64,000 nt of DNA, from NCBI GenBank assembly GCA_002811645.1, contig PDIP01000085.1:24594-88593 (forward strand). The letters are read 5' to 3'. Of the stretch, positions 44,667 to 55,315 are shown piece by piece. Source of the stretch: Corallochytrium limacisporum Hawaii (lineage: Eukaryota; Protista; Pluriformea). The translations under genes and the position numbers were made by a program. Numbering within the stretch: the stretch's first letter is position 1; every line of letters starts with the position of its first letter. Under the pieces are notes generated by a model. It ran no database searches. It was not told where the DNA came from and was given only the letters and a program-made list of their open reading frames with translations.

Positions 44667-47426
44667 TCACTCTGCAGGTTCTAGTTTGTGCAGATGGCGC
44701 ATGGTTGGACGGCCGTGCGGACAGTGCCAGGGCCGATTGATCTCGCTCATGTGGCGCAGGATGCGGTGCATGACGCTACGTTCTAGTGCAGTACCAATCA
44801 TGATTGAAGACCGACATGCCCTGCTAGCATACATCCGACGCAGACGCTGGGGCTGGCACATGTTTTCGTCGTTGGGTCGATCACGCAGCTGGCCAATCAT
44901 ATCATCGACGTCGTCGGGCCCGAAGACGGTCTTTTTAGACTGGGGAATCTGAGTAAGTTCGAATTGCTGGCCCGGAGGCATCTCTTCGTTGTGCTTGAAG
45001 TCGAAACCGTAGCGCTTGAAAATATGCCAGTGGCGCAAGACAATGTCTTCACCGACGGCTGTGAGCTCTAACTTCACAGGCTTCATCAGCGGCTGTCCAG
45101 TGAGCTTCGACTCCCGGGAGAGCCGCTCAAAGTTGTATATCTCATCGCTGGCGTGCTGGTCAATGATGAACAGATCCTGGCCCAAGCGAACAATGAGGAA
45201 ACCAAGGTTAAATTGACCTAGTATCTCCATTCGTAGAAAGTCCTTCTTGTCAATGTGTCGTTCCAGATCCTGTTCCACAGTTTTCTGGTCCACCGTGGCG
45301 GGCCCAGTACTATAGGGCACCGCGTGTGAGGGCGGCTCGGTACCTTCACAAACGGGCTTGCCGGCATCCCTCGCCTTCTGCAAGGGTAAGAGTTCGTGGC
45401 GGCTGAGCGTTCTACCCGGACACAGGTTCCACACGGAATTGTCCTCAGCTTCCATCTTCTCATTGAGACCATTGAACTTCCAGTCGACGGTAACATCACC
45501 GAGTACCGTAGATGCCGGAGCGACATAGTCGGCAGCAGGGAAAGTCCCGGAATCCTCCGGCTCCAATTCAGTGATTACTGGCGGTTGCGAAGACATAGCT
45601 ACACCGGAGTCTCCACTGCGGACAACACTCTCTATGTGTGTCTCTAAAGTGCTCTTCTTTCGCTCTTCCGGACTAGAGACCTTTGGTGACGCAACCAACA
45701 CTTCCTCCTCGTGGGACAGGGGCGGGATGGTTGACGGAATCCTGTAGTCGTCCTCCGGATCGGCATCTACATTCCAATCTTTGATCACGGGCTGCGAAGA
45801 CGCCTCCATGATGGGCGCCTGTTCCTCTTCTTCCACAGGAACACTGTCTTTCAGACGAGCAGCAGATTCTGGCCCATCGGTAGACTGTGCTGCCAATCCA
45901 CTCCTGGATGGCCGGGTAGTGGCAGGCATTACACGCACCTCTTCCACCGGTGGCGCTACGTCATGGTCCGTTGCAGGCCTTGAAATCTGTTCCTCCATTC
46001 GGTCCTCCCTTCTGCGCTTTGCAGCGGTACGCCTTGGTGCCGTGCGACTTTGAATGTCAGTGAATTCCTCTTCATCGTCCTCTTCCTCTGATTCCTGCTC
46101 GACTGCCTCCGCCCGACGTTTTCGCTTTTCCTTGCGATCAACCACCTGCTGAGTCATGTACCGTTGAAGAAGTTTGGCAGCGCCACTCTCTGCAGATGAC
46201 TGCTTCTTACTCATCATCGTCTTTCCCAAAGAACTGCCACTGTTCACGCCGTAGGCTCCAAGTTTCTCTGTGAACGTGTCGCGGAGACATTCGATCGCGG
46301 CCTCGTATACCAAATTCTCATGCGCAAAGAACATGGCCCTCTTGTCTGGGGTCACATTCACATCCACTTCGCGGGTATCTAGCATTAGGTTCAACGCCAG
46401 GAACGGGTACTCATTGCGATTGAAGGACTGGTATGCTTCATTTATGCGGCGCGTGAGCTTTGGCAGATCCACTGGCCGACCGTTAACGAATACATACTGG
46501 CGATCCCCACGACTTCGTCCCATACTATGCTGTGGACTGCTGACCAAGCAGTCTATTGACAATTTCATTGCCATTTTTGGGTCCTCCGGAGCGGCTCCAT
46601 TGTTGTCTTGCTCAACTTCAACAGCTTCCTCCGTGTCCTCTTGCTCCAGCCGTTCTTTGACGGATTTCTTTCTCATGTCAATGTTACAGTCGCGTGACAC
46701 TTCCAACAGTTGGCTGGTCTGCTTTGCGCCGAAGATGACGGCCGCATTCTGCCGAATGCTGTCATGTCCTGGGCAACTAAGGAGCACCTGGCGTGCACCC
46801 GCGCCACCGGCCGCCTTTCCACCCTTAGGTACCGACTTCTGCCCCGGAAAACTAACGAGTGTCATGCGAACGTTCTTCAGGCCCAATGCATACGCTTGTA
46901 CCAGCGATACAAGTTTGCCCATCTCCCGTTTACAATTGCGCTGCAGCTCCTGTCTCCTGACGGGCAAGTTCCCGAACAGATTGACCACACTGACGGTGGT
47001 TCCGCGATCTCTTGCGGATGTCTGTTGGCCTCGTAGTTTTCCGGACTGGTCGAAATTCAAAAGTGTACCCATATCCTGGTCTTCTGTGCAGGTCACAATA
47101 CTCAGCTCAGCGAGAGCACATACTGAGCTCAAAGCCTCTCCCCGGAAGCCAAATGTTGAAACCGTTTGCAAATCATCAAATTCCGAGAGTTTGGAAGTGT
47201 AGTGCTTTAAAGCAATGGTCTGGTAATCCTCTGCTTTGATACCACTGCCATTGTCGATTACTTCGATGCTGTCCAGTCCACTGTTCTTTATCCGAATCTC
47301 GATGTTTGTCGCCCCGGCATCCACGGAGTTCTCCAGCAGTTCCTTCACCACGCTCGAGATGCTTGTGATGACCTGTCCCGAGCAAATTCGGTGCACTGCC
47401 GATTTTCCAATCGCACGAATGGTCAT
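44667..47426 (-). CDS. PMS2: MutL homolog PMS2 (yeast Pms1)
   Basis: KELLENSVDAG, TFGFRGEALSS, DVNVTPDKR, DQHASDE endonuclease motif, ACR, CPHGRPTMRHL. Confidence 0.98.
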   Translation of the reverse strand: MTIRAIGKSAVHRICSGQVITSISSVVKELLENSVDAGATNIEIRIKNSGLDSIEVIDNGSGIKAEDYQTIALKHYTSKLSEFDDLQTVSTFGFRGEALSSVCALAELSIVTCTEDQDMGTLLNFDQSGKLRGQQTSARDRGTTVSVVNLFGNLPVRRQELQRNCKREMGKLVSLVQAYALGLKNVRMTLVSFPGQKSVPKGGKAAGGAGARQVLLSCPGHDSIRQNAAVIFGAKQTSQLLEVSRDCNIDMRKKSVKERLEQEDTEEAVEVEQDNNGAAPEDPKMAMKLSIDCLVSSPQHSMGRSRGDRQYVFVNGRPVDLPKLTRRINEAYQSFNRNEYPFLALNLMLDTREVDVNVTPDKRAMFFAHENLVYEAAIECLRDTFTEKLGAYGVNSGSSLGKTMMSKKQSSAESGAAKLLQRYMTQQVVDRKEKRKRRAEAVEQESEEEDDEEEFTDIQSRTAPRRTAAKRRREDRMEEQISRPATDHDVAPPVEEVRVMPATTRPSRSGLAAQSTDGPESAARLKDSVPVEEEEQAPIMEASSQPVIKDWNVDADPEDDYRIPSTIPPLSHEEEVLVASPKVSSPEERKKSTLETHIESVVRSGDSGVAMSSQPPVITELEPEDSGTFPAADYVAPASTVLGDVTVDWKFNGLNEKMEAEDNSVWNLCPGRTLSRHELLPLQKARDAGKPVCEGTEPPSHAVPYSTGPATVDQKTVEQDLERHIDKKDFLRMEILGQFNLGFLIVRLGQDLFIIDQHASDEIYNFERLSRESKLTGQPLMKPVKLELTAVGEDIVLRHWHIFKRYGFDFKHNEEMPPGQQFELTQIPQSKKTVFGPDDVDDMIGQLRDRPNDENMCQPQRLRRMYASRACRSSIMIGTALERSVMHRILRHMSEINRPWHCPHGRPTMRHLHKLEPAE

Positions 47427-47741
47427 TATTCAAAAATTTTTCTCACGACGAAAACTGATTTCCGCACCGGTTTACATGGTGACATAATTTATGGAACAGG
47501 TTGTCTTACACCTATTGATTTATCGGAGGCTTGGCTGGCGACCTCCCACTGTACGTTTTGCAGACTTTGCTACATCGTTCACTGACACCTTCATATTCAT
47601 ACCATTGCACAATCAGGAGCATAAGCTGTCAAAGTACTACCCACTTGCAGTCAAAACGGAAAAGCCAAGCACCAACAAAGTGCCACTGGACTCAACCGCA
47701 CCATAGGAGAGCTCCCGAGACACACCCCCCCCCCGGCTCGG

Positions 47742-47754
47742 TTTGCGCGCGAAA
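47742..47754. promoter_or_regulatory. Near-palindromic E2F site in the PMS2/SSX2IP bidirectional spacer
   Basis: TTTGCGCGCGAAA (reverse strand TTTCGCGC). Confidence 0.55.
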
Positions 47755-48114
47755 GGTTCAAAGGCCTACTCGCCCAGTACTGGGTTCGCAATTCGAGTAA
47801 AAATGGGTCCCCGATTTTTGCCTGGAAACGGGAACCCCCCCCACCTCCCCGGTTTGCCCCGCGACCCCATTTTCCCTCCGCTCGCCGGCCAAAAGAAAGG
47901 CGGGCCCGAGAAATTTCTTGCTTCGCTGCTATTCCGCAAAGAAAGCGGTACATTCACTATCAACGGCATGGGAAGCTGGGAATTCCGTGGCTATTCCCCT
48001 CAGTACTGCGAATGTACGGGAGGGATTCTGGCCCCGTGGCCCCCCTCCTCCCGCTCTCCAATCCCCCTTCGTTGGGGGTTGGAGAGCGGCGGATCCGCCT
48101 CCCCAGCATATTGC

Positions 48115-48122
48115 GCGGGAAA
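48115..48122 (-). promoter_or_regulatory. Second E2F site in the PMS2/SSX2IP spacer
   Basis: GCGGGAAA is TTTCCCGC on the minus strand. Confidence 0.5.
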
Positions 48123-48377
48123 TGGAAGAGGCTTAGGGGGGGTCTCACTCCGGGGACGACAGGTTGACTTTGACAGCTCCATTGTGAAGCAAAAATACCT
48201 GGCAATGGTCTGAGTCAAGAACGATTCGGACGGCCACGGGTACTCTTAAGCTTTTCAATAAACTTGTATTTCATTTGTGTTTCTAAAGTTGTTGAATTTC
48301 TGGAAGAAGATTTGGACCATCGCCCGTACCTTAGATACACATCCCGAAACAAGACCGATTGGGTTAGAATTGTAGTC

Positions 48378-50183
48378 ATGCCGGGAGAAGCACCGTGGAC
48401 GAATGACGGCTTTGGCTTCGAAGGCCAGCGTCATTTGAGTCTCAATGAGGCCTTGGGATTCGGAACGGACTCACCTCAACAGAATGAGAACACTGTCACA
48501 CCGCCCAACCCTCGATCGGGACAGGTTGCACCGAACAGTGACGAAAGGATGCAACAGCACGCTCGGATCAATTACGCCTTGAGTTGCCTTGGACTTCCTG
48601 GGGTCACGCCTGGAGACCTACGCAGCAGCAGCGATAGTTTGGTCCAGGCATTCTGCGATGTTCTCCGCGTCCAGAGCAGCGCCCTATCGGAAATGAAAAG
48701 TGGCCGGGAGCAGGCAGAAGATGACGTGCGCCGCTTGCGTTCGGACGCCGAACGGTTGCGCAAGATCAAGGATCGTATGGAGGCCCAGATGGAAAAGAAA
48801 GAACGTGAAATGGCAGAATCCAACTTCCACATGCAGAAACTGACTGCAGAGGTCAAGAGCCTGACGGTTCAATTGGGGAAGGAGAAGGAAAAGTTTATTG
48901 CCATGCGCGGAGAGGCAGAGCACGTCAAGCGCCAGTACGACCGTAAGGTTGCGCGTCTGGAGCGTGAGAGCGAAAGAATAAAAAAGAAGATGGCCACCGT
49001 GCTCACTCGTGAGGCTCGCCAGCGTTCTGGTGGTCTGGAAATGGTGGAAACTCTACAGAAAGTTGTAGCAGGGGCCAAGGGTAAGCGCGCTACCTGGCAG
49101 GACGCCAGTGTGCACGATCGGGAGATGATAGACCATCTGGCGCAGACCAACGCCCGGCGAGAAGCTGAATTCATCAATGAGAACGAGGACCTTCGCAATG
49201 CGCTTCGCAGTGTGGAGGAAGTCCTTGTATCCGTAATTCAAGAACAACAACAACAGTACCTGGAGATGCGCCGTCACCTCGAGACCCAAGAGGAGGAAGA
49301 GCAGGAACAGGACGCGAACGAAGAAGACGACGAATCCGCGGAAGCAGAGGAGCCCACTGGCGTCAACGATACAGAAGCGGCCGGTGCCACCGCTGCAAAC
49401 ACAAGCGAACTGTTCGAGGTATGCGCCGCGGAACCCCAACAGATCGGTGAATGTGGCTTCAACTTGCCCATTGCATACATACGCGAAAATGTAACCGACA
49501 GCATGAATGCCAACCTTGAGGCTCTAAAGTCCATGTTGAACATGCAGAACGAACAACAGCGAGAGATCATTGAACAGCATGTCCTCATGCCCAAGGAAGA
49601 CGAAGATGATAGTGAGGAACTACATGAGCGGGCTGAAGAAGCTGCTACCATCATTGACAGCTTGAAGCACGAGGTGCGCCACTACCGAGAACTGGCAGGT
49701 GAGCAAGAGCGGCTGCTGCAGCGCATCCTTACCAACCCCACGGCCTCCGCGGGTGCTACAAGCAGTGGTGGTCGGTCCACCGGTGGATCCCTGTCCTCGG
49801 TCATGAGCTCTGGAGGTAGTCGCCGGCAGATGACCCCGGTGCAGGCTCGTCGTCTGAACATGAGCCCCATTATGGCCAACCTCCGGCAGGTTGAGATGGA
49901 ACGGGACAGCCTGCAGCGGGAGTTGGCATCCATGCGCGTGCAGGCGAACCAGGTCAGTGCCGCAGTGCGGGCGTCCCCGCTGCGCAGTATGCAGCCTCTG
50001 GGTCAGTCCACGCGAGCGAACACTGTGGCTCCGGCCCCGGGCTCAGTGGATAAATATGCCACCAACGCAGTCACTGAAGTGGATGAGGAGGACAAGGAGA
50101 ACCTGGGTAGCCCAGTTCGTGCCTCTCGCATGATGGCCAGCTCCCGCATGACCAGCACACCTCAACAACCAGAGTTCTACTGA
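48378..50183 (+). CDS. SSX2IP: SSX2IP/ADIP/Msd1-like microtubule-anchoring coiled-coil protein
   Basis: INYAL..LGLP, QYDRKV...ERE.ERIKKKM, KRATW, ENEDLR.AL, FNLP...RE match the ADIP family; first ATG at 48378. Confidence 0.8.
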   Translation: MPGEAPWTNDGFGFEGQRHLSLNEALGFGTDSPQQNENTVTPPNPRSGQVAPNSDERMQQHARINYALSCLGLPGVTPGDLRSSSDSLVQAFCDVLRVQSSALSEMKSGREQAEDDVRRLRSDAERLRKIKDRMEAQMEKKEREMAESNFHMQKLTAEVKSLTVQLGKEKEKFIAMRGEAEHVKRQYDRKVARLERESERIKKKMATVLTREARQRSGGLEMVETLQKVVAGAKGKRATWQDASVHDREMIDHLAQTNARREAEFINENEDLRNALRSVEEVLVSVIQEQQQQYLEMRRHLETQEEEEQEQDANEEDDESAEAEEPTGVNDTEAAGATAANTSELFEVCAAEPQQIGECGFNLPIAYIRENVTDSMNANLEALKSMLNMQNEQQREIIEQHVLMPKEDEDDSEELHERAEEAATIIDSLKHEVRHYRELAGEQERLLQRILTNPTASAGATSSGGRSTGGSLSSVMSSGGSRRQMTPVQARRLNMSPIMANLRQVEMERDSLQRELASMRVQANQVSAAVRASPLRSMQPLGQSTRANTVAPAPGSVDKYATNAVTEVDEEDKENLGSPVRASRMMASSRMTSTPQQPEFY

Positions 50184-50383
50184 TGCCAAATGAAACAAAA
50201 ACAACTCGTATCGTGATGATATAAATACCTATACTACTCTATAAATGATACCTTGTTGTGTGTGGTTTGATTTGAAAGATGTCAATGATGTTGAAATGCT
50301 GTAAAATGTAGAACCTATGTGTGTTGCGCCTAGGATATAACCCATGCTGAGGATTGCCTGCCGTTCATGGAACAGAAATAGTT

Positions 50384-51934
50384 TTACTTCATGTCCAGGA
50401 CCATGGCCATGGGTTCCTCAATGTATCCCTGGAACTGCTTGGTGAAGTTGGCAATGGTGGCACCGTCCACCACACGGTGGTCAGCGCTCCACGACACCTG
50501 CACAATGTTCGCGGCGATCACATTTCCGGCATCATCGAAGCGGGGCACCTTCTGGAACTTACCCAGGGCACCAATGCAGACTTCGGGAATGGCCAGAACC
50601 GGAGAGGCGTAGGTACCACCCACAGCGCCAATGTTCGACAGAGTGAACGTGCCGCCCTTTAGGTCATCAGCACCGAGTTTGCCATCCTTACCCAGGGCCT
50701 GGAGACGGTTTAGCTCGCCCGCAATCTCAAAGACCGACCGCTGCTCAACGTGCTTAATATTCGGTACAATCAGACCCATGGGAGTGTCCATGGCCACGCC
50801 AATATTGTGCGATCCCTTGTAGATGATCTCGGTCTCGTCCTCGCTGACCTGAGAGTTGAGGACAGGGTAGGATTTCAGAGCCAAGGAAGCGGCCTTGATG
50901 AAGAAAGGCATGTAGGTAAGCTTCACACCGCGGTCCTCGGCCATTGCCTTCATGTTCTTGCGGGTTTCGATCAGCTTGCTGACCTCGAGCTCCTCACAAT
51001 AGCCAAAGTGAGGCACCTGCACAGCAGCCTTCATGGTCCTAATCATTGCACGAGTTAGACCGCGGACAGGCTCCCGGCGGTCCTCTCCGGCAACAAAGAC
51101 AGCGGGGGCCATCTTGGCAGCCGGAGCAGCACCACCGGACGGAGTCTGCAGGGTGCCGGAGGCAGCGGCACCTGCGGCGGCGTCGGCCGCGGACTTGCCG
51201 CCACTCTCGACGAACTTGAGAATGTCCTCCTTCAGCACACGTCCGTCCTTACCGCTTGCCGGCACGTCGGCGAGGTCAATGTTGTTCTCAATCGCAATGC
51301 GACGTACTGCTGGAGTGGCCAAAGCCTTCTTTCCCGTGCTCTTGGCGCTGGTGCCCTCACCGGCGCCGCTGCTGCTCGATGCTTCGGTCGCGGCCGCGGG
51401 TGTCTCCACGGCCTCAGCCTCCTCGGTCTCAGCGGGTTCGTCGGCTTCACCGTCCTCAGCGTCCGTCTTAATGTCCACCAGAGGCCTGCCAACCTTAGCC
51501 ATGTCACCCACGGAGTAGTGCAATTTCACGACGGTACCGTCGTAGCGGGAAGTGATTTCAACAGTGGCCTTGTCGGACTGCACCTCACAGATGGGGTCGA
51601 ACTGTTCGACCTTGGAGCCTTCCTCGACGTGCCAGGTCAGAATTTCGGCCTCGGCGATACCCTCACCAATGTCGGCCAGCATGAAGGGCACAACCTTGCT
51701 GTTAGCAGACGCAGAGGCGTGGAACTGACGACGCATGCCGTAGCTCTGGTGGTTCAACGCGGAGTTAAAAACCATAGGGCGGGCGATGCGAGCCAGACCG
51801 CGGTTGGAGCGCTGGGTCACGCGGGCACTACGGGTTGCGTTCGCTGCAATGGTGGACTGCATGCGACGGCTGTGGCGCAGACTGACGCGCACAGTAGCAG
51901 CTGCGCGGATCGAGTTGCGAGACACTGCGTACAT
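50384..51934 (-). CDS. DBT: Branched-chain 2-oxoacid dehydrogenase E2 (dihydrolipoyl transacylase)
   Basis: Presequence; lipoyl domain LADIGEGI..EVQSDKATVEITSRYDG; ATPAVRR subunit-binding domain; SWSADHRVVDG. Confidence 0.97.
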   Translation of the reverse strand: MYAVSRNSIRAAATVRVSLRHSRRMQSTIAANATRSARVTQRSNRGLARIARPMVFNSALNHQSYGMRRQFHASASANSKVVPFMLADIGEGIAEAEILTWHVEEGSKVEQFDPICEVQSDKATVEITSRYDGTVVKLHYSVGDMAKVGRPLVDIKTDAEDGEADEPAETEEAEAVETPAAATEASSSSGAGEGTSAKSTGKKALATPAVRRIAIENNIDLADVPASGKDGRVLKEDILKFVESGGKSAADAAAGAAASGTLQTPSGGAAPAAKMAPAVFVAGEDRREPVRGLTRAMIRTMKAAVQVPHFGYCEELEVSKLIETRKNMKAMAEDRGVKLTYMPFFIKAASLALKSYPVLNSQVSEDETEIIYKGSHNIGVAMDTPMGLIVPNIKHVEQRSVFEIAGELNRLQALGKDGKLGADDLKGGTFTLSNIGAVGGTYASPVLAIPEVCIGALGKFQKVPRFDDAGNVIAANIVQVSWSADHRVVDGATIANFTKQFQGYIEEPMAMVLDMK

Positions 51935-52484
51935 TGTTTACTAGTGAGTTGGCCGATCTATAACTTCCCTGGGAAACTATCGTTCTCTTAGTGTGAGCAA
52001 GTGAACTACACTGAGGTCCGTTACTGCAATATGTGCGTGCGAATGTCTACGTCGAAATACGTCCTTTGACAATATTCCCTCGACGAGATGTTCTAGATAG
52101 CAGTGAAGTAATTTGGTGTCCCTATCGACTGTGGTGTCCGATCGCCCCTACCATAAAGTAGTCGTGTTGAGTACCTGCTGGTGTGCGTACGACGTCATGC
52201 ACTGAACGTCCTCATCGTTCAACTGAGCTGAGTGCGGGAACTGCAAGTTTAGGCTGGGCGTCAGTGGATGGTGGTGTTTGATCTTGCTCTTCTGCCCCGC
52301 GGACACACGGGACCGCCGCACCCAAACACAACCAAAGGAACACCGCCCTGTGGGGAGCTGGGGAGGGGGGCCGTGTGACCTGGGAAGGAAAGAACGCCGC
52401 TCTCCTTCGCCCCGAGGGGGGCGGGGGGGGGCCGGCCAGGGAGGGAAGGGCAGTGGGGAGGGGTCGTGGGTGGCAGTTTGAACA

Positions 52485-52545
52485 CATACACACACGCACA
52501 CACTCTCCACTCTCCACTCTTCTCTCTCTCTCTCTCTCGCTCTCG

Positions 52546-52576
<31 letters not shown>

Positions 52577-52737
52577 GCGCCTCTCTCTCTCCCCGCACAC
52601 AGCACACGGTCGGAGCCCCTGCGGTGTGAGTTGTGGCGCACGCACACTCACCCCACGCACCGGGGCATTACGCAGACGCAAACGCACCATCTCCCGGCAG
52701 TACGTACGTACGTACGTGTGTGTATGTGTGTGTGTGT
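52485..52737. repeat. (CA)n/(CT)n/(GTAC)n/(GT)n microsatellite cluster upstream of DBT
   Basis: Visible di- and tetranucleotide arrays. Confidence 0.9.
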
Positions 52738-52869
52738 TGGGCAGAGCATGCTTAAGAAAGCACACTGGAAAACCACGGGTGTGCCATGACAAATAAACCC
52801 CCCTTGGGACTACTACTCCTGCCCCCGTTGCTCTTTTAGAATGGTTTCGGTTTCATCGCGATTCCCCCC

Positions 52870-53092
52870 NNNNNNNNNNNNNNNNNNNNNNNNNNNNNNN
52901 NNNNNNNNNNNNNNNNNNNNNNNNNNNNNNNNNNNNNNNNNNNNNNNNNNNNNNNNNNNNNNNNNNNNNNNNNNNNNNNNNNNNNNNNNNNNNNNNNNNN
53001 NNNNNNNNNNNNNNNNNNNNNNNNNNNNNNNNNNNNNNNNNNNNNNNNNNNNNNNNNNNNNNNNNNNNNNNNNNNNNNNNNNNNNNNNNNNN
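52870..53092. other. Assembly gap (N run)
   Basis: Run of N flanked by C tracts. Confidence 1.
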
Positions 53093-54894
53093 CCTCCCCT
53101 GCCCCCCAGGCCCCTGGCCCGGTGCAAGGCTGGACCTGAGAGCAGCCCTCGACGCTTCTAACGCGTACACGACCCGGGGCAAAACAAGAAAAAAAAACAA
53201 AAAAAAAGAAAAAGAAGAAGAAAATAGAGAAAAAAAAGGGAGAAAAATGACCCGGGAAGAATAGCACTGGCGGCGTGGATCACTTGGGCACGGGTGGGGC
53301 ACCTGCAAAACACCTCGACGGGCGTTTTTGCGGTGCAACGTATTCCTCCATTATTTTCTGCGCAGTTTTTCTGATCCAGTACAGTTTATATAGCCAAGAG
53401 ACCGTGGGTGAAACGGTGAGAGGAGTCAGGACCATCCCTTGCGCACCGCGGGCCGAAGGCGCGCTTGAGTGTGAGAAAAAAGCCTGCGAGTGGGCCTCCC
53501 CTTTGGGCCATTGGCCATACGGCCACGGAGTGTGGGAATGCAGAGAAGCCGGGAAAAAGCAGGGCCCCGAAAACCAACAAAATTTAAAATCCCAACCAAA
53601 AAAAAAAGGAGAACACAATACCCAGAATATTTCACCCGCGCGCTTTGCAAGGCAAACACAGAGACTACAGGGAGAGAGAGAAAACGAAACGAACAAAAAG
53701 AAAACCACCGATTTTCTGGTTTAAAAACAAAAAAAAACACCTCAATCGCGTTCGAATGATGGAACCCTTAAAGTAAGTGTGTGTGTGTTTTGTTGTGTAA
53801 ATGTGCAATAGATGGACGAGTTGTTGGGGAGGGGGGGAGGGTGTTCGGCATTAATGACAGAATTGGGCTGGTGTGTGTGTGTGTGTTATTTTTTTCATCA
53901 TTCTTTGTGTATTCTTTCCTTTGTCCTTTTTGTTTGGTACCTCCACCGCCTAACCTCCCCCCCTTCTCCTCCCTCTTCCCCGCTGGGGGGGGGTCTCTGC
54001 CGGGAGGTGTGTGTACCACCTCTCGCTTGCGGTTTGCATCGGTGTGTTGAGCAGCAGCAGAACCACTCCTTGCACCTTCGGGGAGGGGGGGGGGTGTGTG
54101 CAGAGCCAGGGAGGGGGTCCGGAGCAACGGTGGGCAAAAAACTAAAAACGCGGGCCCGGTGTATTTTGTACTGGGAGACGGACAGCGGTGGGCTGTGTAA
54201 ATAACAACGGAAAAACTTCATCTCCTCCCCCCCCCCTCCTGTGTTGGGGTTAGGAGGGGCAGGGTGTCCCCCGTTTTGTTTCCACCGTGTGCCCGACCGT
54301 GCCGTGGGGAAGATGATGATGATGGTTATGGTTACAGGGCAAGGCTGGAGACAAAAGGGCGTTGGACGTTTCTCCCAATGGTGTGACGAAATCAGCGTGC
54401 CCGGGAGCCGTTTTGCTTGTTGCTGCTGGTGTTGGTGGAGGTTGCAGTGGACGTGGTGGCCATGGTCGACCATGCGGAAGCACTGCCGTGTTTCCCAGGC
54501 GATTCCATGGCCATGTTTGTCTGCTGCGGTCCCAGTGCATTGGTGAGGACTGGGTGTCCTGATAGGCACGCACCAAGCGTTCCATCACTGAAGTTTGGGC
54601 ACTGCGCCTTTTGGTGTCCATTCCGTTTTTCCCTTCGGGTGTGTAGATAGCCTTGCTGGGGCGGAAGGGGAAATTTCCCACCCACCAAAGCCAAAAAGGC
54701 AAAATGTACTAGTCCACAGTCCAAAACAAATTCGTATGACCTAGGCTAATAATGCTTTTGTCTCCACGTCGCACACTGTGCACGAATTATGAATCCATGA
54801 GATGGAAACTTGCACGGGGTTTGTACCGTCTCTGCCACTGCCATCGTCAGCAACCATTTGTACTTTCCTGTCCCCCCAATGTGACCTTTGAACC

Positions 54895-54952
54895 ATGCCC
54901 ATAGGATGATGCCCATAGGATGATGCCCATGGGATGATGCCCATTGGATGAT
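54895..54952. repeat. 14-bp minisatellite, four copies
   Basis: Four tandem copies of ATGCCCATNGGATG, varying at one position (A,A,G,T). Confidence 0.95.
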
Positions 54953-55315
54953 CACGGCACGTCAACTCAGCACAAAACGCTCTTGACGATGGCCAGGAGT
55001 TTCATGTCGACCATTCTACGTAGTGAGCACAGGTAGTCACACTTACCCACCCACACCTTGACAGGGAATGCCTCCAATCTTTACTGAGCCTGGACATGTT
55101 GAGTGGACACCGGGAACAATGGTAGCTGTCTGAGACTTTCGCTGTGAAAGGGATAGATGAAGACCACTACAATGGGGACCTCAGGTGACAAAAGAAAGAA
55201 CGAACAGAACACAGGGGATCTCTATGAAAAAGACAGGGAATTACAACATATCACTTTCTTTTGGTCAGACATCACTAAATTCTTACCGTGAGTGCCTGAT
55301 GAACCTATCAACTCT

